NCBI GenBank assembly: GCA_946612455.1
Contig: CAMOER010000008.1
Location: forward strand, 24,934 to 88,933
Reading direction: 5' to 3'
DNA: 64,000 bases
Origin: an uncultured Lachnospiraceae bacterium
GTDB lineage: Bacteria > Bacillota > Clostridia > Lachnospirales > Lachnospiraceae
A model generated the notes under the pieces. That model was not told the origin of the DNA, searched no databases, and saw only the letters and a list, made by a program, of their open reading frames with translations. A program made the position numbers and the translations under genes. How positions within the stretch are numbered: position 1 is the first letter of the stretch; each line of letters begins with the position of its first letter. This document shows positions 9,324 through 20,037 of this stretch, in pieces.

Positions 9324-11339
9324 ATGCAGAAGATACATGTCCTTGATCAGGATACGATTAATCAGATCGCGGCCGGTGAGGTGATCGAACGTCCGGCTTC
9401 CGTGGTCAAGGAACTGACGGAAAACGCGATCGATGCGGGCGCAACTGCGGTCACGGTCGAGATCAGAGACGGCGGAAAAGCCCTGATCCGGGTGACGGAT
9501 AACGGCTCCGGCTTTGACCCGGCCGATATCCGCACGGCCTTCATGCCGCATGCGACCAGCAAAATACAGACGGCGGAAGATCTTTTCTCTGTGGGTTCGC
9601 TTGGATTCCGCGGGGAGGCGCTGCCTTCCGTTGCGTCCGTTTCCAGGACGGAGCTGATCACCCGGACGTCCGAGAACATTACCGGCATCCGATACATCAA
9701 TGAAGGCGGCGTGGAAAAGGAATTCTCGGAGGTCGGCGCACCGGAAGGTACGACGATCATCATCCGGGATCTGTTCTTCAATACGCCGGCGAGAAAAAAG
9801 TTCTTAAAGAAGGGGATCACGGAAGCCTCGAATGTCAGTACAATGATGGAAAGACTGGCGCTGTCGCATCCGTCGGTGGCCATACGGCTGATTGCAGATG
9901 ATAAAGTGCGGCTTTCCACGCCGGGCAACGGCAGGCTGAAGGATCTGGTCTATTCCATTTACGGGAAGGACGCTGCGGCAGCCATGATCCCGGTTGAAGG
10001 CACCTTTTCCGGTGTGGAAATTTCCGGATTTACCGCAAAGCCCGAGTACAGCCGCGCCAACCGTACGTCCGAGATCTACTTTGTCAATAACCGCTTCGTC
10101 AGGAATCCGGTGATCGGCAAGGCGATCGAAAATGCGTATCTGGGATTTCTGATGCAGCACCGCTATCCGGTATGCATCCTGTTCCTTCGTTTCCGTCCGG
10201 GCGCTGTGGATGTGAATGTCCATCCCGCCAAGCTGGAAATCCGGTTTTCGGATGAGGATCTGGCCTATCAGGCGGTTTACGAAGCTGTCCGGGAGGCTCT
10301 CTCATCTGTCGAACTGATCAAACGGCAGCAGTTGGTGAAGGAACTGCAGGAAGAGACACGGAAGGATATGGGGACAGAGCCGTTCTTTGCGGAACGAAGA
10401 CCTGTCTATTCCTTCGGTACAGAAAAGATCAGAAGACCGGAAGCTGCGGCTGTGTCGTCCATGCCTGAAAGACAGGATTCTGTTTCGGATGGTTATGATG
10501 GGAATCCGGCGGAGACAAGACCGGAACCGATCCAGCCGAAAAGGCGGGAGCTCTCCACGGTGGAACTTCTGATGAAGAAATGGGACAGTAAAAACGGAGC
10601 GGAAAATGGTTCTGCAGAGATCTCAGCGCCTGTATCTGCGTCTGTTCCGGAGCCTGCTGCTCCAACCCTTGCTGCGGAACCTGTTCCTGCAACCGGTCCT
10701 TCGTCCAGAAAAAGCGATACGCTTCTCGCCGGCACGCAGGAGAGGCTTTTTACGGAGGAAACCAGAAAAGACTACAGAGTGATCGGTCAGCTGTTCGATA
10801 CCTACTGGCTGTTCGAATATAAGGATACATTTCTGATGATGGATCAGCATGCGGCGCATGAAAAGGTCCTGTATGAGAAGAATCTGGCGGCTTTCCGGAA
10901 TAAGGAATTCACCTCCCAGATGCTGATGCCGCCGTATGAACCGGAACTCGGCGTAAAGGAAATGCAGATGTTCTCTGAATACATCCGTGCATTCCGGCAG
11001 CTTGGTTTCGAATTCGGGAATAGCGACGGGAAGCTTACGATTACCGCTGTACCGGGAAATGTACTGGGACTGTCCTGGCAGGAGGTCTTTAAGGAACTGC
11101 TGGATTCCGTATCCGGGGAGACCGGCCGCGAACCGGTCCATATCCTGGAAGAAAAGCTGGCGCTGATGTCCTGCAAAGCGGCGATCAAAGGGAATTATAC
11201 GATCAGTCTTGCGGAGATCAACGAACTGCTGGACCAACTGCTGAAGCTGGAGAATCCGTATATGTGCCCGCACGGCAGACCGACCATGATATCAATGTCG
11301 AAGTATGAGATAGAAAAGAGATTTTCAAGGATCGTTTGA
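9324..11339 (+). CDS. mutL: DNA mismatch repair protein MutL
   Basis: GHKL ATPase motifs (VVKELTENAIDAG, DNGSG, GFRGEAL). C-terminal dimerisation domain with a CPHGRP motif. Confidence 0.95.
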   Translation: MQKIHVLDQDTINQIAAGEVIERPASVVKELTENAIDAGATAVTVEIRDGGKALIRVTDNGSGFDPADIRTAFMPHATSKIQTAEDLFSVGSLGFRGEALPSVASVSRTELITRTSENITGIRYINEGGVEKEFSEVGAPEGTTIIIRDLFFNTPARKKFLKKGITEASNVSTMMERLALSHPSVAIRLIADDKVRLSTPGNGRLKDLVYSIYGKDAAAAMIPVEGTFSGVEISGFTAKPEYSRANRTSEIYFVNNRFVRNPVIGKAIENAYLGFLMQHRYPVCILFLRFRPGAVDVNVHPAKLEIRFSDEDLAYQAVYEAVREALSSVELIKRQQLVKELQEETRKDMGTEPFFAERRPVYSFGTEKIRRPEAAAVSSMPERQDSVSDGYDGNPAETRPEPIQPKRRELSTVELLMKKWDSKNGAENGSAEISAPVSASVPEPAAPTLAAEPVPATGPSSRKSDTLLAGTQERLFTEETRKDYRVIGQLFDTYWLFEYKDTFLMMDQHAAHEKVLYEKNLAAFRNKEFTSQMLMPPYEPELGVKEMQMFSEYIRAFRQLGFEFGNSDGKLTITAVPGNVLGLSWQEVFKELLDSVSGETGREPVHILEEKLALMSCKAAIKGNYTISLAEINELLDQLLKLENPYMCPHGRPTMISMSKYEIEKRFSRIV

Positions 11340-12313
11340 TGAACAGGAAAGAGACATTTTCCGAAACAGAAAAGAGACCGCTGATCATTCTGGCCGGACC
11401 GACTGCCGTCGGCAAGACGGAATGCTCGCTTCTGCTGGCTGAAAAACTGGGCTGCGAGATCATCAGCGCAGATTCCATGCAGGTCTACAGAGGAATGGAT
11501 ATCGGCACGGCCAAGGCGCTTCCGGAGGAACGGCTCCGTGTGCCGCATCATCTGATCGATGTGTGTGATCCGACGGAAGAATTCAATGTTGTCCGATATA
11601 AAGAGGAAGCATCCGCCGCGATCACGGATATCTGTTCGCGCGGGAAGATCCCTCTCCTGACGGGCGGTACGGGCTTCTACATCCAGGCAGTCCTGAAGGA
11701 TACGGACTTTACGGAGAATGCGAGCGATCCGGATTACCGGGAACAGCTGGAGGCCATGGAAGCTGCGGATCCGGGCTGCCTGTACCGGATGCTTCTGGAG
11801 CATGATCCGAAAGCGGCAGAGGAGATCCATCAGAACAATATCAAGCGCGTTGTCCGTGCGCTGGAATTTTTCCATGCATCCGGCGAACGCATTTCAGATC
11901 ATAATGCACGGGAGAAAGAGCGGCAGTCACCGTATAAGTTCCTTTTCATCGTACTTGAGAGAGACCGCGGGGAACTGTACCGCCGCATTGACAGGCGGGT
12001 AGATCTCATGATGGAAGAGGGGCTGACGGAGGAAACGCGGAAGCTGAAAGAAGCCGGCTGCACAAGAAACATGGTCTCCATGCAGGGCCTCGGATACAAG
12101 GAAATGCTCGCATATCTCGATGGGGAATATCCCCTGGAGGAGACCGTGCGTCTTATTAAAAGAAATACCAGACATTATGCGAAACGTCAGCTGACGTGGT
12201 TCAGACGCACACAGGAAACCGTCTGGCTGAACTGTGCTGGTTTTGCTGATGTGGATCAGCTGAGCGGTCATATTATATCGCTCTGGGAAAAGAAAAAGAA
12301 AGAGCAGGAGTAA
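11336..12313 (+). CDS. miaA: tRNA dimethylallyltransferase MiaA
   Basis: P-loop GPTAVGKT and SADSMQVYRGMDIGTAK motif. Overlaps the mutL stop. Confidence 0.9.
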   Translation: MMNRKETFSETEKRPLIILAGPTAVGKTECSLLLAEKLGCEIISADSMQVYRGMDIGTAKALPEERLRVPHHLIDVCDPTEEFNVVRYKEEASAAITDICSRGKIPLLTGGTGFYIQAVLKDTDFTENASDPDYREQLEAMEAADPGCLYRMLLEHDPKAAEEIHQNNIKRVVRALEFFHASGERISDHNAREKERQSPYKFLFIVLERDRGELYRRIDRRVDLMMEEGLTEETRKLKEAGCTRNMVSMQGLGYKEMLAYLDGEYPLEETVRLIKRNTRHYAKRQLTWFRRTQETVWLNCAGFADVDQLSGHIISLWEKKKKEQE

Positions 12314-12317
12314 CCAA

Positions 12318-13631
12318 ATGGAGCGTTCAGAAGAAACAATAAACGCGATGCTGCGCACTTCCTATACAGAATCCGGTATTTCGGAACCCGTATTCCGGCT
12401 GGGAGAGGAAGTGCTCAGTACATTGAAAGAAAGATTTGACAGGATCGACAGGATCGCGGAGATCAATCAGCTGAAAGTACTGTCGGCCATGCGCAAGAAC
12501 CGTGTATCCGAAGGCCATTTTCAGGCAACGACCGGATACGGCTATAACGATCTTGGGAGAGATACGCTGGAATCCGTGTATGCGGATACTTTTCACACAG
12601 AAGATGCGCTCGTCAGAATGCAGATTACCTGCGGAACGCATGCGCTGAATCTCGCGCTTTCCGCGAATCTGCGCCCCGGCGATCATCTGCTTTCGCCGGT
12701 CGGCAGTCCGTATGATACGCTGGAGGAAGTGATCGGGATCCGTGAATCTGAAGGGTCCCTTGCAGAGTACGGCGTGACGTATTCCCAGGTGGAGCTGACA
12801 CCGGAAGGCGCTTTCGATTATGACGCGATCCGTGCGGCGATCCGGCCGGAAACGAAGATGGCGACGATCCAGCGATCCTGCGGGTATTCATCGAGAAAGA
12901 CGTTCTCGCCGGCAGAGATCGGTGAGCTGATCGCTTTTCTGAAGAGCGTAAAGCCGGATATCATCTGTATGGTCGATAACTGCTACGGCGAATTTACGGA
13001 TACGGTGGAACCGTCGGATTTCGGCGCGGATATGATTGTCGGCTCGCTGATCAAAAATCCCGGCGGCGGACTGGCACCGGCCGGCGGCTATATCTGTGGA
13101 ACGCATGCCTGCGTGGAAAGAGTCGCCAAAAGACTGACTTCTCCGGGACTCGGACGGGAAGTAGGCGCGAATCTGGGGATCAACCCCGCTTTTTACCAGG
13201 GATTTTTCCTTGCACCGACAGTCACGGCCTCTGCAGAGAAGGGCGCGATCTTTGCTGCGGCGATGTATGAGAAGCTCGGATTCCGGGTGCATCCGGCTGC
13301 TGCCGCTGACAGATTCGACATCATTCAGTCTGTTGAGCTCGGCAGTGCAGAGGCACTGAAGGCTTTCTGTCTGGGCATTCAAGCAGCGGCACCGGTGGAC
13401 TCCTATCTGACGCCGGAACCCTGGGATATGCCCGGATATGATGACCCGGTGATCATGGCAGCCGGCGCTTTCGTCTCCGGTTCTTCGATCGAATTATCCG
13501 CTGACGGACCGCTCAGACCGCCCTACGCTGTCTTTTTCCAGGGCGGCATCACCTGGCAGCATGCGAAATTCGGCATCCTGATGTCTGTGCAAAAATTAGT
13601 GGACGCGGGCGCTGCCGTTGTGGTAAGATAG
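12318..13631 (+). CDS. PLP-dependent methionine gamma-lyase-family protein (aluminium-resistance / YnbB-like)
   Basis: About 437 aa. SLIKNPGGG motif (PLP Lys region). Conserved position downstream of miaA as in many Firmicutes. Confidence 0.7.
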   Translation: MERSEETINAMLRTSYTESGISEPVFRLGEEVLSTLKERFDRIDRIAEINQLKVLSAMRKNRVSEGHFQATTGYGYNDLGRDTLESVYADTFHTEDALVRMQITCGTHALNLALSANLRPGDHLLSPVGSPYDTLEEVIGIRESEGSLAEYGVTYSQVELTPEGAFDYDAIRAAIRPETKMATIQRSCGYSSRKTFSPAEIGELIAFLKSVKPDIICMVDNCYGEFTDTVEPSDFGADMIVGSLIKNPGGGLAPAGGYICGTHACVERVAKRLTSPGLGREVGANLGINPAFYQGFFLAPTVTASAEKGAIFAAAMYEKLGFRVHPAAAADRFDIIQSVELGSAEALKAFCLGIQAAAPVDSYLTPEPWDMPGYDDPVIMAAGAFVSGSSIELSADGPLRPPYAVFFQGGITWQHAKFGILMSVQKLVDAGAAVVVR

Positions 13632-13675
13632 CATATTATAAATCATCCGACGGGGTCATTGGGAGAGCACGGAGG

Positions 13676-14398
13676 ATGTTTATGATCGAAAAAAGAATAA
13701 CGATGAAAGAACTTCCGGTCTCGGAGAGACCGTATGAGAAATGCATCTCGTTCGGACCGGAGGTCTTAAGTGATGCAGAACTTCTGGCAGTCATTCTGCG
13801 GAGCGGCACGCCCGGCGTCAGTTCCAGGCAGCTTGCCGAGACAGTCCTGAAGCGGCTCGCACCGCTCGGCGGACTGCCTGCCCTGAAAAACATCTCGATC
13901 GATGAGCTGACCGAGATGCCCGGGATCGGGCCGGTCAAAGCCGTGCAGCTTCAGTGTATCGGGGAACTCGGCATACGCATTTCCAGAACGGAAATGCATG
14001 CTTCCGTACGGCTGACTTCGCCCGATTCGATCGCCGCCTTCTTTATGGAGGAAATGCGGTCCCTGGATCATGAGGTCGTAAAAGCCGCTTATTTTGATAA
14101 TAAGGGCGGTTTTATTACGTCCAGAGATCTAAGCAGCGGGACGGTGGCGCGGTCAGTTCTTTCTCCGAGAGAGTTTTTTATAGAAGCGCTGAAGCACAGG
14201 GCTGTCTATACTGTTGTGCTGCACAATCATCCGAGCGGCGATCCGACGCCGAGTGCGGAGGACCTGCAGCTGACGCTTCAGCTTGTCCGGGCCGGAAGAC
14301 TTCTGCAGATCCCGGTCTATGACCATATTATTATCGGTGATCACTGTTATACCAGCTTTCAGGAGTGCGGTTATATGAAGGATGACTGCGCTTTTTGA
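13676..14398 (+). CDS. radC: RadC-like JAMM domain protein
   Basis: HhH-like N-terminus (ELLAVILRSGTPG) and C-terminal JAMM motif HNHPSGDPTPSAED. Lies upstream of mreC as is usual. Confidence 0.85.
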   Translation: MFMIEKRITMKELPVSERPYEKCISFGPEVLSDAELLAVILRSGTPGVSSRQLAETVLKRLAPLGGLPALKNISIDELTEMPGIGPVKAVQLQCIGELGIRISRTEMHASVRLTSPDSIAAFFMEEMRSLDHEVVKAAYFDNKGGFITSRDLSSGTVARSVLSPREFFIEALKHRAVYTVVLHNHPSGDPTPSAEDLQLTLQLVRAGRLLQIPVYDHIIIGDHCYTSFQECGYMKDDCAF

Positions 14399-14409
14399 GG
14401 ATAGATTGA

Positions 14410-15345
14410 ATGAAGAAGAAAAAAAGGCCGAGTATTCAGCCCAAACATATATTTACAATTCTGGCAGCGCTGTGCCTGGTGCTCATTGTAGCCACGTCCG
14501 TTTCAAGCGGCGGCAATATCCTGCGCGGCGGCTTCAACACGCTCCTGATGCCGATGCAGAAAGGATTTAATCTGGTCGGCGGGGGCATCTTTAACCGTGC
14601 CGACAATCTGATCCATCTGCATAATGTCGAGAAGGAAAACGAACAGCTGAAGGATGAACTGGCCGAACTGAAGGAGCAGAACACCCGTTATCAGCTGGAG
14701 CTCACCGAGCTTGCGGAGTACAGAGGACTCTTAAAGCTGGCGGAGCAGTATCCGGATTATGAGACGGTCGGCGCACATATCATCGGCAAGAACTCCGACA
14801 ACTGGTATAAGACGATCATGGTCGACAAGGGTTCCCGGGACGGAATTGCGGTCGATATGAACGTGATCGCGGACGGCGGTCTGGTCGGCATCGTTACATC
14901 CGTTACGCCGGCGACAGCCACGATCAGTACGATCATCAATGACAACCGGAATGTCGGCGCCATGGCGCTCAATTCCAAGGATGCCTGTATCGTCACAGGA
15001 GATCTTTCCCTGTATGAGAAAGGCCTTCTTTCCCTGTCCAGGATCGCAAAGGACGATGACATCAACAATGACGACAAGATCGTGACTTCCAACACCAGTA
15101 CGATGTACATGCCCGGGATCCTGATCGGCTATGCTTCGGAACTGACCGTGGATGCCAACAATCTGACGAAATCGGGATATCTGATCCCGGTCGTGGATTT
15201 CACGCATCTGGATTCCGTTCTGATCATTACCAGCGTCAAGGAGACCGGTACCGGCACTTCGGCGGAGGAAAATCCTGCGGACAGCGAAGCGGCGGAAGCC
15301 GAAGCATCGGCTGAGACGACGGCAGCAGAGGAGGACAGTCAATGA
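14410..15345 (+). CDS. mreC: rod shape-determining protein MreC
   Basis: N-terminal TM segment, a coiled-coil (ENEQLKDELAELKEQN), then a beta-rich domain. Placed between radC and mreD. Confidence 0.85.
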   Translation: MKKKKRPSIQPKHIFTILAALCLVLIVATSVSSGGNILRGGFNTLLMPMQKGFNLVGGGIFNRADNLIHLHNVEKENEQLKDELAELKEQNTRYQLELTELAEYRGLLKLAEQYPDYETVGAHIIGKNSDNWYKTIMVDKGSRDGIAVDMNVIADGGLVGIVTSVTPATATISTIINDNRNVGAMALNSKDACIVTGDLSLYEKGLLSLSRIAKDDDINNDDKIVTSNTSTMYMPGILIGYASELTVDANNLTKSGYLIPVVDFTHLDSVLIITSVKETGTGTSAEENPADSEAAEAEASAETTAAEEDSQ

Positions 15346-15860
15346 AAAGAGTTCTCTCGTATGCCGGAATCATCCTGCTCGCGTTTCTGCTCCAGAACAA
15401 TGTCTTTGCCGTCTGTCCGATCATTGACGCCACGCCGAACCTTCTGCTGATCCTGACATTTTCACTCGGTTTTATACGGGGAACGACGGAGGGCATGACA
15501 GCCGGCTTTTTCTGCGGTCTTCTGATGGATTTTGCTTTCGGAACGATCATCGGCTATTATGCGCTGATCTATCTGGTGGTCGGATACGTGACCGGACTGA
15601 TCGGCCAGATGTTTTACATCGAATTCCTGAACATGCCGCTGCTTCTGTGCGTGCTCAGTGATTTTATCTACAACATGTATATTTACACATTCGGATTTCT
15701 GATCCGCGGCAGGACTGCGCTGGGAGCCTATATGACGCAGGTGATCCTGCCGGAAGTGGTTTATACGGCCCTTCTGACGCTTCTTGTGTATCCTCTCATC
15801 CTGAAGCTGAATGAACGGCTTTCCGCTTCCGAAAAGAGGAGTGCGAAGAGATTTGTTTAG
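15342..15860 (+). CDS. mreD: rod shape-determining protein MreD
   Basis: 172-aa polytopic membrane protein directly after mreC (overlapping stop/start). Confidence 0.75.
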   Translation: MKRVLSYAGIILLAFLLQNNVFAVCPIIDATPNLLLILTFSLGFIRGTTEGMTAGFFCGLLMDFAFGTIIGYYALIYLVVGYVTGLIGQMFYIEFLNMPLLLCVLSDFIYNMYIYTFGFLIRGRTALGAYMTQVILPEVVYTALLTLLVYPLILKLNERLSASEKRSAKRFV

Positions 15861-18693
15861 AGATATCCTGGAAATCATCATTTATCACCTGAAACGGATT
15901 GCCGGATCGAGACTGCTCCCGATCAGCATTCTGTTTTTTGTCATGTTCAGCGTCCTGACTGTCCGGCTCTTCCAGCTCCAGATCCTGGAAGGCGAAGAAG
16001 CGCAGGAGCAGTATACGCAGACCACCAAGAAGACGATCAGCGTCGCCAGTACCAGAGGCAATATTTATGACCGGAACGGAGAGCTGCTGGCCTACAACAA
16101 GCTCGTCTATGCCGTTACGGTAACGGACAACGGCGATTACAGGAACGGTTACGAAAAGAACGTCATGCTCATCAGACTGCTGGATATCCTGCGGTCACAC
16201 AATGAGTCGATCCTTTCCTATGTGCCGATCATTCGTACGCCGGAAGGAAAATACAGCTTTACGACGGAGGGTAAATCCAGGCTCCGTTTTCTGAGGGATA
16301 TGTACGGCCTGCCTACCACGGATGATTTCTCCGACGAAAAGCCTTCGGATATCACCGCGGAAGAGGCTGTCGATTACATGAAGGAAAGATACGGCGTCGG
16401 TAAGTATTCCTCTGCAGAAGGGGATACCTATGAGATCTCCGACGAATACGCTTTCTATATCGTCAACATCCGCTATGCGATGTCGCTGAACAGCTACCAG
16501 AAATATGTACCGACCACGGTCGCGCAGGATATCACCACGGAGACCATGCAGGACATTCTGGAGCATTCCACCCAGATGCTCGGTGTGGCTGTGGAAGACT
16601 ATTCTGTGAGGGAATATCCAGACAGCGTTTGCTTCTCTCATATCATCGGCTATACGGGCAAGGCTTCCGCGGAAGAGATCGACGTGCTCAATGAAGAGGG
16701 CGGCGATTATGCGAACGGCGATGTTATCGGCAAGACCGGCATAGAGAATTTTGCGGAACACCAGCTGCAGGGCATCAAGGGTGAACGCGTCATGTATGTG
16801 GACAGCGTCGGCCATGTACAGTCCATTGAAAGCGAGACGCCTTCGCAGACCGGCTGCGACGTGTATCTGACGATCGACGCGAACCTGCAGAAGGGCCTGT
16901 ATCATCTGATCGAGCAGAACCTGGCCGGCATCATTCTCGATAAACTTGAACCCGGCGACGTGACGATCCTTCCGACCATGAAGAGCTCGGAAAGAAAGAT
17001 CAGTATCAAGGATATCTATTTCCAGATGATCAACAATAATGTGCTGGACTTCCGGTCATTCTCCGCAGAGGATGCCACTCCTGCGGAAGCCAGGATCTAT
17101 TCGGCATTTGCTTCCGAGCTGGAAACGGTCGTACAGGAGATGCGCAGCGAACTCACATCGTCTTCGCCGGTCCCCTATAACAAGCTCTCCGAGGATATGC
17201 AGGCGTATATGACGTACGCCCATACGGCGATGGAATACAGCGGACTGCTTCTGGAAGACAGGATCGACCCGGCGGATGAGGTCTATCTGGCATACCACAA
17301 GGATGAGACGATGAGCCTGGCGGAATTCCTGAAGTATGCCATCTCGAAGTCCTGGATCGATGTGACGAAGCTCGGCCTTTCAGACCGCTATGCAAGTGCG
17401 GACGATACCTATAATGCACTGGTGGAAAAAACGCTGGAGCTTCTGATGACAGACCGGGATTTCAGCAAGCGCATCTACCAGATCCTCGTGGATTCCGGAC
17501 GGATCGCTCCCTGCGATATCTGCCTTGCACTGTTTGATCAGGGCGTGCTTGCAGAGGATCCGGAAAGCTATGCACAGCTGCAGAGCGGCGACGGAAGCAC
17601 AGCCTACAAATTCATGCGCGAGAAGATCCGGAAGCTGGAGATCACCCCCGCCCAGATGGCGCTCGATCCCTGCACCGGTGCGGTCACGATCGTGGATACG
17701 GATTCCGGAGAAGTTCTGGCAATGGTCTCTTATCCGGGATATGACAACAACAGGATCTCGGATCCGGCCTACTATTTCGCGCTGTCAGAGGATCTTTCGC
17801 ATCCGCTGTACAGCTCGGCGACACAGACGAGAACCGCACCCGGTTCGTCCTTCAAGCTCGTTTCTACGATGGCCGGCATGGAAGAGGGCGTGATCACGGC
17901 AAATACTTCCATCGACTGTGAAGGTATTTTTGAAAAGCAGGGCCTGCACCTGAAGTGTACGGGAACGCACGGCAGCATCAGTACGATCGAAGCCATCCAG
18001 AAATCCTGCAACTCCTTCTTCTCCGAAGTCGGTTACCGGCTGAGCTGTGATGAATCCGATACGTATATCGAATCCAAGGGCGTCAATATGATCCAGAAGT
18101 ATGCCTCAATGGTCGGCCTGAACGAGAAGACCGGCGTTGAGGTAGCGGAATCGGAGCCCAAGGTATCGGATACGGCGCCTGTGCCGTCTGCGATCGGTCA
18201 GGGTACCCATAACTATTCGAACGTACAGCTGGCAAGATACGCGACGGTTATGGCGACAAGCGGTACGGTTTACAATTTCACGCTCCTTGACAGGATTACC
18301 GATATCAACGGAAAAACGACAGAGGAATTCGCACCGGAGGTCATCAACCAGATCAATATCGCCTCTGAAACCTGGAATACGATCCACACCGGTATGGCGA
18401 GAGTGGTCCGGTATGAACACGAAGAGGAATTCCTGCAGGAACTGAATATCGCCGGAAAGACCGGTACGGCTGAGGAAAACAAGATGCGTCCGAACCATGC
18501 AACATTCGTCGGCTATGCGCCTTTTGATGACCCGCAGTATGCGATCGCAGCTACGATCCCCAACGGTTTCTCGTCGACGTATTCCTGCAGACTTGCCAAT
18601 TCTTCCATGGAATACGTATTCGGCAAGAATACGTTGGAGAACATCCTCGAATCCGGTGCCGCGATCTTCCAGGGATCCATCTCGGATGAGTAA
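15811..18693 (+). CDS. mrdA: penicillin-binding protein 2 (elongasome transpeptidase)
   Basis: TM anchor, then transpeptidase motifs SSFK (SxxK), SCN (SxN) and KTGT. The start is uncertain: ATG at 15811 or in-frame GTG at 15841, both overlapping the mreD end. Confidence 0.85.
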   Translation: MNGFPLPKRGVRRDLFRDILEIIIYHLKRIAGSRLLPISILFFVMFSVLTVRLFQLQILEGEEAQEQYTQTTKKTISVASTRGNIYDRNGELLAYNKLVYAVTVTDNGDYRNGYEKNVMLIRLLDILRSHNESILSYVPIIRTPEGKYSFTTEGKSRLRFLRDMYGLPTTDDFSDEKPSDITAEEAVDYMKERYGVGKYSSAEGDTYEISDEYAFYIVNIRYAMSLNSYQKYVPTTVAQDITTETMQDILEHSTQMLGVAVEDYSVREYPDSVCFSHIIGYTGKASAEEIDVLNEEGGDYANGDVIGKTGIENFAEHQLQGIKGERVMYVDSVGHVQSIESETPSQTGCDVYLTIDANLQKGLYHLIEQNLAGIILDKLEPGDVTILPTMKSSERKISIKDIYFQMINNNVLDFRSFSAEDATPAEARIYSAFASELETVVQEMRSELTSSSPVPYNKLSEDMQAYMTYAHTAMEYSGLLLEDRIDPADEVYLAYHKDETMSLAEFLKYAISKSWIDVTKLGLSDRYASADDTYNALVEKTLELLMTDRDFSKRIYQILVDSGRIAPCDICLALFDQGVLAEDPESYAQLQSGDGSTAYKFMREKIRKLEITPAQMALDPCTGAVTIVDTDSGEVLAMVSYPGYDNNRISDPAYYFALSEDLSHPLYSSATQTRTAPGSSFKLVSTMAGMEEGVITANTSIDCEGIFEKQGLHLKCTGTHGSISTIEAIQKSCNSFFSEVGYRLSCDESDTYIESKGVNMIQKYASMVGLNEKTGVEVAESEPKVSDTAPVPSAIGQGTHNYSNVQLARYATVMATSGTVYNFTLLDRITDINGKTTEEFAPEVINQINIASETWNTIHTGMARVVRYEHEEEFLQELNIAGKTGTAEENKMRPNHATFVGYAPFDDPQYAIAATIPNGFSSTYSCRLANSSMEYVFGKNTLENILESGAAIFQGSISDE

Positions 18694-18728
18694 CACGGTT
18701 CCTCTGTAAGCAGAAGATAGGGAAAGAA

Positions 18729-19883
18729 ATGTTTGCTTTTGAAAAATACAAAAGAAGAAACATCAATTATCAGATCATCCTGTGTGTCCTTGCGCTGTCC
18801 GTGATCGGTGCGCTGATCCTGCACAGTGCCATGGCCAATGATATTGACCGCGACGCCGCCATGATGAAGCAGATCATGGGCCTCACGGCCGGCTTTGTGA
18901 TCATGGCGTTCCTCATGATCGTGGACTATCATTTCGTGCTGAAATTCGCACCGCTGATCATGCTGGTGAATGTCGTTCTGCTGGGACTCGTTCTGACCAG
19001 TCTCGGCGCTACGGTAAACGGCGCGACCAGATGGCTGGATTTCGGCATCCGTATCCAGCCGTCGGAGTTTGCCAAGATCTTCCTGATCCTGATGCTCGCC
19101 TGGTTCTACGGTAAAAATGAATTCCGGATCAACCGGGTATGGGTGGTCTTTCTTGGGATCCTGTTTTACGGCATTACCGCCGCCCTGATCCTTGCAGAGC
19201 CGGATCTTTCCACGACGCTTGTCGTGACATTCATCTTCATTGCCGTCGTCTATGCTTCCAGGATCAGCTATAAATGGATTCTGGCTGCCATTCTGATCCT
19301 GATCCCGCTCATGCTGATCGGTTATTATGTGATCATGCGCTATCAGGATTATCTGATCAACGAGCTGCATATCTATCAGGTGAAACGTGTGCTGGACTTC
19401 ATCTATCCGGACAGAGCCGGCGCGACAAGCGGAAACACACAGCAGGATAACTCGATCCTTGCGATCGCTTCCGGGCAGCTCTTCGGCAAAGGCCTGAACA
19501 ACACCAGTTTCGAATCTGTCAAGAACGGCAACTTCCTGGCGGAGGAAAACAGTGATTTCATCTTCGCCGTTGTGGGAGAGGAGCTCGGCTTTGTCGGATG
19601 CCTCATTATCATCGCGCTCATCGTCGTACTGGTTTTCATGTGCATCAGAACGGCTTCCAAGGCCCCGGATATGAGCGGCCGGCTGATCTGTGTGGGCGTT
19701 GCCTCACTGATCGCCTTCCAGTCGTTCGTAAACATCGGCGTTTCGATCAAGCTCCTGCCGAATACGGGACTTCCGCTGCCGTTCTTCTCAGCCGGCATCA
19801 GTTCCCTGTGGTGCTTCTTTATGGGCGTCGGCCTGGTGCTGAATGTGGCGCTGCAGAAGAAAGAAGACCTGAACGCATGGTAA
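18729..19883 (+). CDS. rodA: SEDS-family peptidoglycan polymerase RodA/FtsW
   Basis: 10-TM SEDS-like protein (QPSEFAKI, NTGLPLPFFSAG motifs) immediately after PBP2. Confidence 0.85.
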   Translation: MFAFEKYKRRNINYQIILCVLALSVIGALILHSAMANDIDRDAAMMKQIMGLTAGFVIMAFLMIVDYHFVLKFAPLIMLVNVVLLGLVLTSLGATVNGATRWLDFGIRIQPSEFAKIFLILMLAWFYGKNEFRINRVWVVFLGILFYGITAALILAEPDLSTTLVVTFIFIAVVYASRISYKWILAAILILIPLMLIGYYVIMRYQDYLINELHIYQVKRVLDFIYPDRAGATSGNTQQDNSILAIASGQLFGKGLNNTSFESVKNGNFLAEENSDFIFAVVGEELGFVGCLIIIALIVVLVFMCIRTASKAPDMSGRLICVGVASLIAFQSFVNIGVSIKLLPNTGLPLPFFSAGISSLWCFFMGVGLVLNVALQKKEDLNAW

Positions 19884-20037
19884 TATAGGCAAAATTATCA
19901 GTAATTTTGAAAATTGCTTGTACTTTTTTCCGATTTCGGATATACTGTATTCAGCAGTTCACCGAACGGAACGTCTCGGTGAGGATAAGGTTATTTATCG
20001 TCCGGGAAGACGAAATACATTCAAGGAGGATAACATT

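Noticed and set aside
6716-9325. 869-aa ORF on the minus strand spanning all of mutS
   Set aside because: It is an antisense shadow of a confidently identified gene (MutS motifs on the + strand). It has an Arg/Pro/Gly-rich composition, no RBS and no recognisable motif. The same reasoning applies to the following ORFs: 5078..6361(-), 3843..5006(-), 1879..3168(-), 10623..11273(-), 18513..19370(-), 23279..24025(-), 32737..34110(+), 34790..35752(+), 35809..36528(+), 44242..45276(+), 48467..49516(+), 50236..51213(+), 51946..52854(-), 53263..54219(+), 55234..57066(+), 58345..58938(+), 59341..60132(+), 60620..61516(+).
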